DNA of 64,000 bases from Candidatus Bathyarchaeota archaeon (GTDB lineage: Archaea; Thermoproteota; Bathyarchaeia; Bathyarchaeales; Bathycorpusculaceae), in assembly GCA_963775465.1 (NCBI GenBank), contig CAVZIW010000002.1:1-64000 (forward strand), in the 5' to 3' direction. This document shows, one piece after another, positions 1-10,676 of the stretch (positions within the stretch are counted from its first letter, which is position 1; every line of letters begins with the position of its first letter). A program made the translations under genes and the position numbers. Under the pieces are notes generated by a model, which was not told where the DNA came from, did no database searches, and saw nothing but the letters and a program-made list of their open reading frames with translations.

Positions 1-77
1 CTATCGCCCGTGGAAAATCACCCGCATCTTTCCCTTTTTTTGCTTTGACCGATTAGGCTCTCTATTGCCTTCGGTGC

Positions 78-1014
78 ATGACTAATAATTCTCATTCTCT
101 TAACCTCGAATTACCCATAGTCAGTTCACTTAAACGTCTTACGTTCCATTCTCTATGAAAAAGAAACCACTCAAGAATTAGTTTCGGAAAAATATTTTGA
201 TTGGGTTTCTGATAATCAATATTTGATTTTTGAGCAAAAAAGATACCGTTCACCCATTCGCCAAATTGCTTCTCTTGTTCCAAAGAGAGGAAATCCTAAA
301 TATGCTTGGAAAGTTCGCAAGTGTTGGCGAGAATTTACATTTCCTTTTGAATACCAACAAAAGATAGATTCTGAAAGGAGTAACTTGGTTAATATTTATG
401 AAACTACCACTAACGTTCTCTTCCTTAGCTTAACATGGGACCCTAAAATTTGTGATTGGAAAACGGCATGGGATGCTGTCAGCTATTTCTGGAACTTATT
501 GCTAATCTCAGGCGTAAATATGGGCAGTTCTTACTGCGCGAGTTTACGAAAGTACTGAACAAGGCTTTCCACACATACACTGTATTCTGTATTTTCCAAA
601 TTATCAGTTTCCAACATTCCTAAAATGGAGCAACAAAAAGAAACGTCACATTTGGCGCATTCCCTTTCCAGAAGTTGAAAAGCTTCGGAGGATTATGGCA
701 TAGCTTTATCGACGTTCAAGGAATGGTAAATTTAGCTGACGGCATGAAATACCTTGGAAAATACCTCGCAAAAGGCACAGATTTAGAGAGCGGAGACCTT
801 TCAGGGAAAGGGTTAATCACATTTAGCAAATACATGGGCTTTCCGTAAACGTGCTTATTCTCTTGGAGTAAAATTTAAAGAAGCCATTTTTCAAAAATAC
901 GTCAGTCTCGACTTGACACGTATTAGCATAACTCAAACAGTTTCAGAACAAATGACACTTAAAAGCAAGCAATTACTAGACTTTTCAGCCTTCTTTAGTC
1001 AGACCGTTCTTTGA
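78..1014 (+). pseudogene. Rolling-circle replication initiator (HUH endonuclease), frameshifted
   Basis: Across frames: KRGNPKY, motif I FLSLT (~421-435), motif II GFPHIH (563-580), motif III YLGKY (750-764), then WAFRKRAYS. Confidence 0.8.
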
Positions 1015-1373
1015 AAAGTGGAAAAGGCGGAATTATGGAAAAATCAATGCTAAAAAACAATGGCGGCATCCCAAAAGGATGCTTTTCCTTTCGGTTTATG
1101 TGATTCACAGAAGGCTTTTTCAGATTGGTATTTCAAGTGTTGACTTGATTTGCCAAAATTAACGAAAGCTAATTATTTCAAAATATCTAAGAAACGAAAA
1201 ACATAATGGACTAAAGTTGACTTAAGTTTCTTGCTATAATTTGGAAACTAATGCCCTATCACGATTTTCTCAAAATGATCTTGTGATATCCTACGTCTAG
1301 ACAATATTTTAGGAATTAAATTATACCCAAAGCGTTAAATTAAGTTAGACCAGTAAAAGGGTCAGGGATTAGG

Positions 1374-1560
1374 GTGGAACCAGAAGAAGTAACAGCATTG
1401 TCTGAAAAAGACCTTTCTCTAAAGACTACAGTACAAACGAATATTGTAAAATTTTTCAAATTGAAGGCTAAATACAAACTCCTAAATGAGAAATAAGAGC
1501 TGAAGACAACGCGTTGCTAATCACTGTAACTCCAGTTAAAAAAATCCAGCGATGTGTAAA
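1374..1560 (+). pseudogene. Degenerate AbrB/SpoVT-like small DNA-binding protein
   Basis: SLKTTVQTNIVKFFKLK, then after a frameshift (TGA)EIRAEDNALLITVTP; resembles the archaeal SLRTTVP..IV..F.L....L.WEI pattern. Confidence 0.4.
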
Positions 1561-1673
1561 AAATGACCGCCGTAACTTTAAACGTTAATAAGCAAAGTAC
1601 AATTGGTAACCTGATTTTTAGAAACAAGACACTGCAAGGGTCAGAAATCGTTTTTGACTATACAATTTGTTTT

Positions 1674-3978
1674 TTGAGTCAACTTGGGCTATCTGAGGCT
1701 GACATAAATTTTCAAGCAATAAAAATGCTAACGTCAATAGGTTGGAAAGATGTATCAGAAATTAAACAACAGAAAACAAACATCTCTGAAATTGATGACT
1801 GCTTAAAATCAAAAACCGTTGCCTCCAAAAGAAAAGGACACGCAGACATCTACCTCCTAATAAATGACAAACTAAAAGTAATAATTGATAACAAAAGTCC
1901 AAAAGAATTAGTTAGCGATGGTATTAGAGATGCCATCTTCTACGCCGATTGCCTCAGAAAAGAAATACGATATACGTATTGCAATGAGTTATAATGGATC
2001 ACAGTGTATTCTCAGGGTTTTTGACTCCGACCTTATGCAATGGGTTCCTTTCACGGTAGATGGTAAAGAAATTAACGCTTTTCCATCTAAAGAACTGGTA
2101 GAAATCGTCTATAGATATAGGGATATCAACAGCATAATAATAACTGAAGATAATGAAGCAATAAATATCAGCAATATAATCAGTGAACTAAAAGAAATAT
2201 ATCGAAATATCCCACATATTCAAAATGATAATCAAAAGACTATTGATTTCACGATAGCATTCATCGCATTAAAATCAATTCTATAAAAACACGGCTCTGA
2301 ACTAGGAAAGGCATGGTCTGAACTCAAAATAGCAGAACAGAAGAAACTAAAAGCTCAAATCCAAGTGTATGTTGACGATATTATAGAAAATTTAGAAAAT
2401 GGGTATGAAGAAATTTTTAGAATTCAGGAAGACGCAAAAGGGAAGATAAAAGCGTTCGATTTCTTAGAAACCATAAAACAGTTTCCTAATGAAGTCAATG
2501 AGGGCGAAAAAGGTCATTTAGTGCAAATATTTGAAACGCTTGATAAGCTGCCCCATTTGCATTCGTCCAAATTTGACCTATTTGGAGAAGTGTATCAATC
2601 ATTAATGGATAAGTTCACCCAAAAGGTTTTCGGACAATTTTTTACGCCAAGGCACTTGATAAAGACGGTCGATGACTTTTCTATGAAGGTGAATTGGAAA
2701 GCCTGATAGGAGATATAAAAGACGGAAAGTTAGAAAAACCAAAAACTATATGCGACCCTGCATGCGGAACTGGAGGGTTCTTAAATTGAGTCTTTCAAGT
2801 TCTTCGCTACAAATACCACTGGAATTGACCCAATAGAATTAGCAAAAAAGAGTATTTTCGGCTTTGATATTTACCCTGCAAATGCCGTTAGATCAAGAAT
2901 AAATATGTACCTTGCGGGAGACGGCTTTTCCCGAATCGATTCGTTGAATTCACTAAAAGACCTTAAACCCCAAAAAGAACGCTTCGATTACATTATTACC
3001 AACATTCCTTTTGGAAAAGGTGACTTCTGCGTTTATCCGTCTATAATTGCAAACAAAAGAAAAGAAATTAACTTCTTAATAAAAGTGGTACAGTTGCTGA
3101 AACCTCATGGAAAAGGTCTTGTTGTCGTCCCTGATGGGGTACTTGAAGCACCGACATTAGCACCACTAAGAAAGTGGGTAATTGAGAATTGTCTATTAGA
3201 AAAGATAATCGGATTACCTAAGCATATGTTTGCACCCTACACTCACGAAAAAACATATGTTTTGTTTCTCCGAAAAAGACCCACTCCTATCCTTAACCTT
3301 GATGAAATTAAGACCGAAAGAGTGTGGATGTACATCGTGGATACTGATGGGTACGCCAATTCTGACAAGAGATTTAGAACAGGTCAAAAAGCGGAAAACG
3401 GGATTTGGAAGCACGATGAATTGTCATTGTGGCGAGACACAAAGGGTGCATTTCATGTTTCGAGGATAGAGGAAAGTTGGAAGAAGAAACTTCCAGATGA
3501 TTATGAGAAAAGCGTAGACGAATGGGACTGCGAAATCAAAGGGAAAAAATATGGCTATTTGGATATGGCGACAGTTTTCTCAGAAAAACGCCCATCATAT
3601 CGAGCAATTAGCTACTCAAAAGTTTTAGAGCGATTAAGAAAGAAAGCCCAATCCATACCCCTCAAAAACATCGCAGAGTTATTTGAGGATGAAAAACAAG
3701 AAACGGAACCGCCATTAAGAACGTTAAAACCAGAATATGAGGAAATACTTGAATCTGAAAAAATAATTTACGAACCATTTGATGACAGGTTCTACGATGA
3801 AAACACCGTTACTGTTGAATTGCTGCTAAACCTTCTTCCTGAAAAATACTTGCGCCCTCAAAAAACCGAAACAATAAGCTTTGACGATTTCCTGATTGAA
3901 AACAAGTCAGTCATTGAGAATTTAAAACAAGATGTAAAGTCAATAGTAACACAAATTGAGAGATTCGAGCAGAATTGA
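1674..3978 (+). pseudogene. Fused restriction endonuclease / N6-adenine methyltransferase (BcgI-like type IIB / type I-related), disrupted
   Basis: N-terminal ADIYL..IIDNK nuclease motif, GQFFTP, DPACGTGGF (2754-2780), NIPF; frameshifts near 1970, 2670 and 2785, in-frame TAA at 2284. Confidence 0.8.
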
Positions 3979-5000
3979 TAAAGCAAAAAATCCAAAAATT
4001 ATTTCATATATGGCAAGGGCATCAGATTACAGATGAAGAAATATACAATTCTAAAACGGGTAAATATCCAATTTTAACAGGACATAATGAGGTAAAGGGG
4101 CTAACAGATCATCCTTATATAGCCAAAGTTCCGTGCATAACCATACCCTCCAAAGGTGTCGTTAACAGTCTCTATCTGCAAATTGAGCCATTTGATGCTA
4201 ATAACACAATTGCCTTAATTCCAAAAGATAGGAAAACCATCGATTTGGAATACTTCATATTTGCTCACTTAAGGTACATCACGAGTTTTATTTCTTCAAC
4301 AAGTACCAACAATTATCTTAACAAGGAAATTCTCAGAGATGTTGAAATTGACTTACCCAACTTTCCTGATCAGACTAAAATTAGGGATGAATACAAAAGA
4401 CTGTCTGCGCTCAAGAAATCAATTCAAAGTCAAACTGAAATTCTCAATCGACAAGTTTCTAGGAGTGTTCGGACATTAGGCGAGCCAGTTACGGTAGACG
4501 ATGTTTTTTCTTTAAAGGTTGGTTCCGATGATAAAATGACCGAAAATTACGCTTACGATAATAAAGGCAATATCCCAATATATTCAGAGCGCCGCAGAAA
4601 CAACGGAATATTCAGGTACACCAAAAGGATTGACTACTCTTTCAAAGATTATATAACATGGTCAATCTCGGGCAAGGCTGGTACTTTACATCTGAGACAT
4701 GGACCATGTTGTCTCACAAGAGATTGCGGTATAATGATACCGAGAGATAAGAAGAGAATTAATCTTGAATGGTTTATCTTGACTCAAGAAAGTTCTTTAA
4801 TGGATTTTGCGATAGGCAGGGGTGGACTAGGACGACTCAAGAAGAACTTGATTGAGCTGTACTCTTTTGAATTGCCGAAAAGAGTTATTCAAAATCAAAT
4901 AGTCGATGAATACAATAAGATAATTACAATAAGGAACAAGTTGGAAACACTGAATCAAATGGTCGATACACAACTTGAAAAAGTTGTTCTCTCAGCATAA
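3975..5000 (+). CDS. Restriction-modification specificity subunit (HsdS/BcgIB-like, two TRDs)
   Basis: Two repeated TRD halves ending in LP...Q..I coiled coils; TTGA overlap with MTase stop. Confidence 0.8.
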   Translation: MIKQKIQKLFHIWQGHQITDEEIYNSKTGKYPILTGHNEVKGLTDHPYIAKVPCITIPSKGVVNSLYLQIEPFDANNTIALIPKDRKTIDLEYFIFAHLRYITSFISSTSTNNYLNKEILRDVEIDLPNFPDQTKIRDEYKRLSALKKSIQSQTEILNRQVSRSVRTLGEPVTVDDVFSLKVGSDDKMTENYAYDNKGNIPIYSERRRNNGIFRYTKRIDYSFKDYITWSISGKAGTLHLRHGPCCLTRDCGIMIPRDKKRINLEWFILTQESSLMDFAIGRGGLGRLKKNLIELYSFELPKRVIQNQIVDEYNKIITIRNKLETLNQMVDTQLEKVVLSA

Positions 5001-5287
5001 TTATTATTGTTGACACTTGAGTTGTTTATTGATGGTACACAGATAACGTCTTCGGCGTTTTAGTGTCTGGTATCACTTTTGTTTGAGGGGTAATTTTTTG
5101 TTGTTTCTTACCCCTTATACAGTACCACATTCCACCACAACTAACCAAAATAACAACCTGACCTAAAACATCCTTTTTTCAGAAGGTAACCATCTACAAC
5201 CTCTAAGGTCGATTGGACTAAAATTTAATCTAACTTTAACAATGACTTCCATCTATCATCAATCTTTCCTCAATTTTGTTAGTTGTT

Positions 5288-5383
5288 TGTCCCCTCTATG
5301 GGGTGTCAACCGCAAGCCAATAAATGAGGGGGGTTTCCCGCTTGCGGGGGGTGTACTCATTTTTGGCGAGGATTGACGGGGCA
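5288..5383. other. Long nested hairpin, candidate replication origin of the element
   Basis: GTCAA/TTGAC, GCCAA/TTGGC, AAATGAG/CTCATTT arms enclosing CCCGC-TT-GCGGG. Confidence 0.5.
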
Positions 5384-5549
5384 TGTCATTAAAGCCCATA
5401 TTTGCGTAAATTCAGTGTGGGTGTTTTTTGGGTCTTGGGGTGCCAAAAAACGCGGGCTTTTTGGTTCTTTTGTGCATACATAAAGAACTCCTTTTTGCTT
5501 AGCTTTTTTCTAAAAAGCGGTTTTCAATCAGTGGTCGCAGGGAATGAGT

Positions 5550-5596
5550 TACAGTAGGCGTCGGCGTAGGCGGGCGAAGCCAAGCCGAGCACTGTA
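5550..5596. other. GC-rich hairpin with GGC-GAA-GCC cap, single-strand-origin-like
   Basis: TACAGT/ACTGTA, TCGGC/GCCGA and GGC-GAA-GCC nested stems. Confidence 0.45.
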
Positions 5597-5710
5597 CCTA
5601 TCAATTCGACCAACAAATTGAGATCTGATTTCTCAAAAGTGAAATTCTCAAGCATTATTATAAGCAACATCTAAGCGTTAGTGCTTTTTGAAGAATAATA
5701 AGGTGAACGG

Positions 5711-6882
5711 ATGACGGAGTTGCAAATAAATGTAAAGGGTGGTGAAAAGACAAGTAGAGACTGCCCTAATTGTCAAAGCAAAAAGATTTTGAAAGATGGA
5801 TTAGAGAAACGGTTTATGGTTCAATTCAACGTTTTCTATGTAAAGAATGCGGTTTGAGGTTTAGTAAAGACTCATATAGAGAATCACCAATTACTGAAGA
5901 TAGCCAATTATGCGCTATAATAGAGGCGAAAAAATTGGACTCCGCAACAGAAACAAAGACTGTTGTGGGTGAATCTCCGCACAAATAGACTCAGACAACA
6001 AAATCCTTGAACACGCTTGGTGGCTAAAGAAAAACGGAAGAAGCGAAGCAACAATAGAAGGCAAGAGTAAAACTCTTAAAAACACTTGTAAAGCGAGGCG
6101 CAAACCTCTACGACCCAGAATCAGTCAAAGACGTCATAGCAAAACAAAATGGAGAACGGAAGAAAAAACAATGCGTCAGATGCATACTCAGCATTTCTAA
6201 AAATGGTGGGTGGCACATGGGAAGCCCAGCAATACAAAACAATCCGCAAACTACCATTCATTCCAAAAGAAACTGAAATAGACCAACTCATTGCAGGATC
6301 CAGTCAACGCATGGCAACTTTTCTGCAAATGCTAAAAGAAACAGGCGCAAGATGCGGAGAAATCTGGTGGCTCAAATGGGAAGATATAGACTTCGAAAGC
6401 AAAGTCGTAAACATAACGCCTGAAAAAAACAGCAACCCACGAGCAATTCGCTTAAGCCAAAAACTGCTTGAAATGCTTCAACAATTGCCAAAAAACTATG
6501 GTGACAGAGTATTTTCTTTTCCCAATATGCCTGTTGACCATCACGGAGTAAGCTTAGGTCGTCAACGAAAAAGATTAGCAAACAAACTCAAAAATCCACG
6601 TTTACTAAAAATACACTTCCACACCTTCCGATACTGGAAAGGCACAATGCTCTACCACAAAACCAAAGACACCTACTATGTTAAGCAACAACTCGGACAC
6701 AAAAACATCAAAAACACTGAACTATACGTTCAATTAAACAATGCCTACTTTCGATGGAGAAGACGAGTATATTTCAAAGGTCGCTAAAAACCGAGAAAGA
6801 CATATGCTTTCTGTTAGAACAAGGATTTGATTACATAACCGAGTTTGAAGGTGCGAAAATCTTTAGAAAACGCAAGCTTTAG
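5711..6882 (+). pseudogene. Tyrosine recombinase/integrase with N-terminal Zn finger, frameshifted
   Basis: AGGTGA SD; CPNC...CKEC; catalytic TGAR, PEK, HTFR, LGH, ELY; C-terminus EQGFDYITEFEGAKIFRKRKL; split over several frames. Confidence 0.85.
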
Positions 6883-6893
6883 CAGAAAGTTTA

Positions 6894-6932
6894 CACCCCC
6901 TGCTTGTTTATTTATATATGGTGCAGGGGGTG
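6894..6932. repeat. 10-bp inverted repeat spanning tRNA 3' end (att-like)
   Basis: CACCCCCTGC (6894-6903) / GCAGGGGGTG (6923-6932), 19-nt spacer. Confidence 0.6.
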
Positions 6933-7006
6933 GGATTCGAACCCACGAACGCCTACGCGATAGGGTCCTAAGCCCTACTCCGTTGACCTGGCTTGGAGAC
7001 CCCTGC
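6919..7006 (-). tRNA. tRNA-Leu(TAG), encoded CCA
   Basis: GCAGGGG acceptor stem, TAGGG-CTTAGGA-CCCTA anticodon arm, long variable arm, GTTCGAATC, ACCA end. Confidence 0.97.
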
Positions 7007-7403
7007 AAACGGTTGCGCAGTGTGAAATAGGTTAGGTTGCTTTAATATTTATTTGCCACAGGGGTTCTTTGTTTTTCTCTTTGTGTGGGTGTGGCGTCGT
7101 AAAAATTTACACCACACTTGTGGCTTTGGGTTTGTTTGCTTTTTTGGTTTAGGTTGTTTTTCCATTGCGTTCTGAGTGTGGGGAGAGGGGGTTGTTTAAT
7201 TCAGTCATCATTGCTTCTATGTATAGTAGTGTGAGTGTGAGTGTGTGGGCATGTTAGCGGCTCTATTCTTACGATATGAAGGATGCCGCGAGTCTAACGT
7301 AAAGGTTCAATTTTTTGTTTGACGTTTTTCTTTCCTTGACGACATCTGAACCGCAAGCATTTTATTTCCTATCGCATGTTGTTTGTGGGAAGAATAAAAA
7401 ATT

Positions 7404-7480
7404 GCCTTCGTAGCCTAGCCCGGTGGGGCGTTACCTTGGTAAGGTAATGGTCGCGGGTCCAAATCCCGCCGAAGGCTCCA
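7404..7480 (+). tRNA. tRNA-Thr(GGT), encoded CCA
   Basis: GCCTTCG/CGAAGGC acceptor, TTACC-TTGGTAA-GGTAA anticodon arm, T-loop GTCCAAATC, TCCA end. Confidence 0.95.
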
Positions 7481-7554
7481 AACTTATAAGAAATGTCTTT
7501 TGTGAAAAGCTTCTTATGTTAAAGCAACGAGTTATCTTTCTGAAGAGAGGAATC

Positions 7555-8817
7555 ATGCTTAACTTCTCACCTCAGAAACGTGAGCTTATTTTTTTAGCAG
7601 TTTTGATTGCTGTAGCCTTCGTAGTTAGAGTTCTCCTGTTTCCTCTGCAAGGTTACCATAACGATCTGGTAACGTACCAGTATTGGTTTAACACAGCAGC
7701 CGAAAATGGAATCCGACCCTTCTATAATGTGGTCCTTCAACAAGTAGGCTGGATTGATTATCCCCCGTTTAATGTTTACATTTTCTGGATCTTTGGCACT
7801 TTATCCAAAGTTACGTCAGCTTGGGGTATAGATGCAGCAAACATCGTAAAGTTGGCTCCAAACATCTTTGATATGGCGACCGCAGCGTTGATCTACTTTT
7901 TCCTTAGAAAACAATTAAGTACTAAACAGAGTCTCATAGGAACCGCTCTATATGTCTTTAACCCCGCAATAGTCTTCAATGCGGCAGTATGGGGTCAGTT
8001 TGACGCAATCTACACATTCTTTTTGGTTATTTCGCTGATGTTAGCGCTTAAAAGTAAACCCAAACTTTCCGCCGCTGCTTTTGCTATAGCTGTTTTAACT
8101 AAACCGCAAGCCATTGCAATGTTACCCGTTGTCGCCTATCTGATTCTCAGAAAAAATGGTCTAAAGAACACGCTGATCTCGGTAGCGGTGTTTGCAGCGA
8201 CAGTTTTTGCTGTAATTCTGCCATTTGACTGGAATGGCAACCCGCTAACTTTCCTGAGTAACATCTACTTTGGCGCATATGGTGGATATGCATACACATC
8301 GATTAACGCCTTTAACTTCTGGGGCATGTTCGGATTATGGTTACCTGACGCTAACTTCTTCTTAATCGGTTGGATAATGTTTGGAGCATTCGTTATTTTC
8401 TCAATTTATGTCTTGCATAAACGTTTTAACGTTTCAGGAAACACTCTAGCAATCTTCTGCGCTTTCATGCTTTTATTTGCATTTTTCATGCTGCCCACGA
8501 GAATTCATGAAAGGTACCTCTTTCCGGCAATAAGCATGTTAGTTCTACTGTTTCCCATTGCAAAAAGAACCCGCATCTTCTACTTTGTGTTAACAGCCAC
8601 TTTATTTGTTAATCAAGCATACGTGCTGTCCTATCTCAACTCGCCTAATCCATTTATTCCGAGTGGAGATTTAGTTGTTCTAGCGGTAAGCGTTATTAAT
8701 TTAATGACGTTCCTTTATGGTTCAGTCATCATGTGGGCTGAACTTAAAGCAAGATCCTTGCTTAAGCCCTCAGAGATTCCTCCACAGAAAAACGCCCAGA
8801 ATGGTGAGTTAACATAG
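7555..8817 (+). CDS. GT-C fold membrane glycosyltransferase (mannosyltransferase-like)
   Basis: Multi-TM; DYPP, WGQFD, HERY motifs; start moved to ATG 7555 because the longer ORF overlaps tRNA-Thr. Confidence 0.8.
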   Translation: MLNFSPQKRELIFLAVLIAVAFVVRVLLFPLQGYHNDLVTYQYWFNTAAENGIRPFYNVVLQQVGWIDYPPFNVYIFWIFGTLSKVTSAWGIDAANIVKLAPNIFDMATAALIYFFLRKQLSTKQSLIGTALYVFNPAIVFNAAVWGQFDAIYTFFLVISLMLALKSKPKLSAAAFAIAVLTKPQAIAMLPVVAYLILRKNGLKNTLISVAVFAATVFAVILPFDWNGNPLTFLSNIYFGAYGGYAYTSINAFNFWGMFGLWLPDANFFLIGWIMFGAFVIFSIYVLHKRFNVSGNTLAIFCAFMLLFAFFMLPTRIHERYLFPAISMLVLLFPIAKRTRIFYFVLTATLFVNQAYVLSYLNSPNPFIPSGDLVVLAVSVINLMTFLYGSVIMWAELKARSLLKPSEIPPQKNAQNGELT

Positions 8818-10676
8818 ACTTCAAACTCAACCTTGCCAGGAAAGACATTATTACAATGGTCTTGCTATCGATAGTGTTTTTTGGAATCGCAACCTGGAAC
8901 GTAGGCGAAATTAACTTTCCCACCACCAATTGGCAAACTACAACAACTCATAGCTTTTATATCGATTTGGGTTCAACTCAACATGTTAAGTCGATTTACT
9001 TTTGGGTTGCAAGTGGTAATGCTTCAGCCGACATTTCTACTGGCTCTCCTGGAAACTGGACTTATGAAAAACAATTCAGCCTTCAATCTAGAGCAACAGA
9101 TTACATGGTTCAACCCAGCTTAGATTTAGACGTAACAACACGATACTTAGAATTCAACCTAACCGCTGTCGAATACGATTCGCGACCTAACTTCTACTGG
9201 TCAGTTCCAAACCCCACTGACAAACAACCTTCCCCCTACATAGAAATCTCCGAAATAGGCATATCAAACCCAAACAACACACAAATTACAATCGTTGAGA
9301 TAACAGGTGAAAACAACACTGACGCAACCTTGACTAAATTGATCGACGAACAGGATTTACTCCAAATCCCGCCGACATACATGTCAAAAATGTATTTTGA
9401 TGAAGTCTATTTTGCCCGTTCAGCGATAGAGTTCGTCAACCACCAAATCCCCTTGGAAAGAACCCATCCTGACCTTGGCAAACTTATCCAAGCAATAGGC
9501 GTAGCAATGCTGGGTCCTACACCGTTTGGCTGGCGTATCATGGGTGTAATATTTGGTTCACTTATTGTTGCACTAATGTACCTTTTAGGCAAGAAACTCT
9601 TCGGAACCTGGATAGGCGGATTCTCCGCAGCGTTTCTAATGACTTTCGACTTTATGCATTTTACAATGGCTCGAATCGGCACAGTAGACACCTACCTCAT
9701 ATTTTTCACTCTGCTTTCACAATTATTTTTCTTAATTTACTTCATGAAAATTATCAAAGATGGCTGGAAGAAAACATCCATTTTGCCATTAATGTTAGCA
9801 GTGGTCTTCTTCGCTCTTGGATTCTCCACAAAGTTCGGTTTTCCTCTTTTCCCAGCTTTAGGCTTACTTGCTTTGCTTGCTGCAGTTCGACTTAAAGAAG
9901 TTTGGAGACAAAAAAGCAGCCTATCCGACAAATACCTCGCGTTCTTTGACCACCCATTCTTGCTCCTGATCGCTTCTATTGGTATTGTAGCATTAATTTA
10001 CTTTGCAGTCTACATTCCTGACATGCTTTTAGGCGACTCTTTCCCAACAATTGTAAATCTCCAATTCGCAATGCTGGGATTCCACTCAGGTTCTGTTGTT
10101 GACACCTCTTCGGCTCCTTGGTGGTCTTGGCCCTTAATGTTTCGACCCGATGGCATGAATGTTCCTCGATGGTTCGACATAACTTACCTGCCAAACAACG
10201 TAGTTTCGACAATAAGTGTCTTCGGAAACCCCGTTGTCTGGTGGGTAGGTTTTACCGCCATGATTATCCTTGCATTCAATGCATTTCACATCGAAGCTGT
10301 ACTTACAAATCTGAAAAACCGACTCTCCAAGTCATCTCTAAACAAACAAATTAGTATTCGGGGCGAAGGTTGGGACGTACCAGCCATTTTCATAGCGGTT
10401 GTGTTCATTTTCTCATGGCTCCCTTACGTTTTCATAGGTAGAGCCACCTACATATACCACTTCTACATCAGCGTGCCCCTCATTTGTCTCTCAACAACCT
10501 ATTTTATTAACAAATACTGGAATACACGAAAAGGAAAAGTTGCCGCACTAATCGTATTTGCTGCCGCAGTAGCAATGTTTATGTTGTTTTATCCAGTAAT
10601 TTCAGGAGCACCAGTTTCAACTTCATTCATCAACGATTATCTTAGATGGTTCCCAAGTTGGGGTGCCTACGCATAA
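8814..10676 (+). CDS. Dolichyl-phosphate-mannose protein mannosyltransferase (PMT/GT39-like) with extracellular beta-sandwich insert
   Basis: YFDEVY, HPDLGK, PFGWR, WWSWP, GNPVVWW, YIYHFY; start ATA 8814 or ATG 8856. Confidence 0.85.
   Translation: MDFKLNLARKDIITMVLLSIVFFGIATWNVGEINFPTTNWQTTTTHSFYIDLGSTQHVKSIYFWVASGNASADISTGSPGNWTYEKQFSLQSRATDYMVQPSLDLDVTTRYLEFNLTAVEYDSRPNFYWSVPNPTDKQPSPYIEISEIGISNPNNTQITIVEITGENNTDATLTKLIDEQDLLQIPPTYMSKMYFDEVYFARSAIEFVNHQIPLERTHPDLGKLIQAIGVAMLGPTPFGWRIMGVIFGSLIVALMYLLGKKLFGTWIGGFSAAFLMTFDFMHFTMARIGTVDTYLIFFTLLSQLFFLIYFMKIIKDGWKKTSILPLMLAVVFFALGFSTKFGFPLFPALGLLALLAAVRLKEVWRQKSSLSDKYLAFFDHPFLLLIASIGIVALIYFAVYIPDMLLGDSFPTIVNLQFAMLGFHSGSVVDTSSAPWWSWPLMFRPDGMNVPRWFDITYLPNNVVSTISVFGNPVVWWVGFTAMIILAFNAFHIEAVLTNLKNRLSKSSLNKQISIRGEGWDVPAIFIAVVFIFSWLPYVFIGRATYIYHFYISVPLICLSTTYFINKYWNTRKGKVAALIVFAAAVAMFMLFYPVISGAPVSTSFINDYLRWFPSWGAYA

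Larger units (their letters stand above)
1..6932. mobile_element. Integrated rolling-circle plasmid/virus-like element at tRNA-Leu 3' end (left end outside window)
   Basis: HUH Rep, R-M cargo, hairpin-rich intergenic DNA and a tyrosine integrase ending 36 nt from the tRNA-Leu 3' end; many frameshifts. Confidence 0.75.

Noticed and set aside
6814-7030. ORFs 6814-7008 (-) and 6845-7030 (+)
   Set aside because: Shadows of tRNA-Leu
7032-7211. 59-codon minus-strand ORF and ATGATGA C-box-like motif in the GT-rich spacer between the tRNAs
   Set aside because: Low complexity, overlaps the tRNA-Leu promoter region, no proper C/D box spacing
7423-7554. N-terminal extension of the GT-C ORF
   Set aside because: Overlaps tRNA-Thr; ATG 7555 with a GAGG SD is the better start
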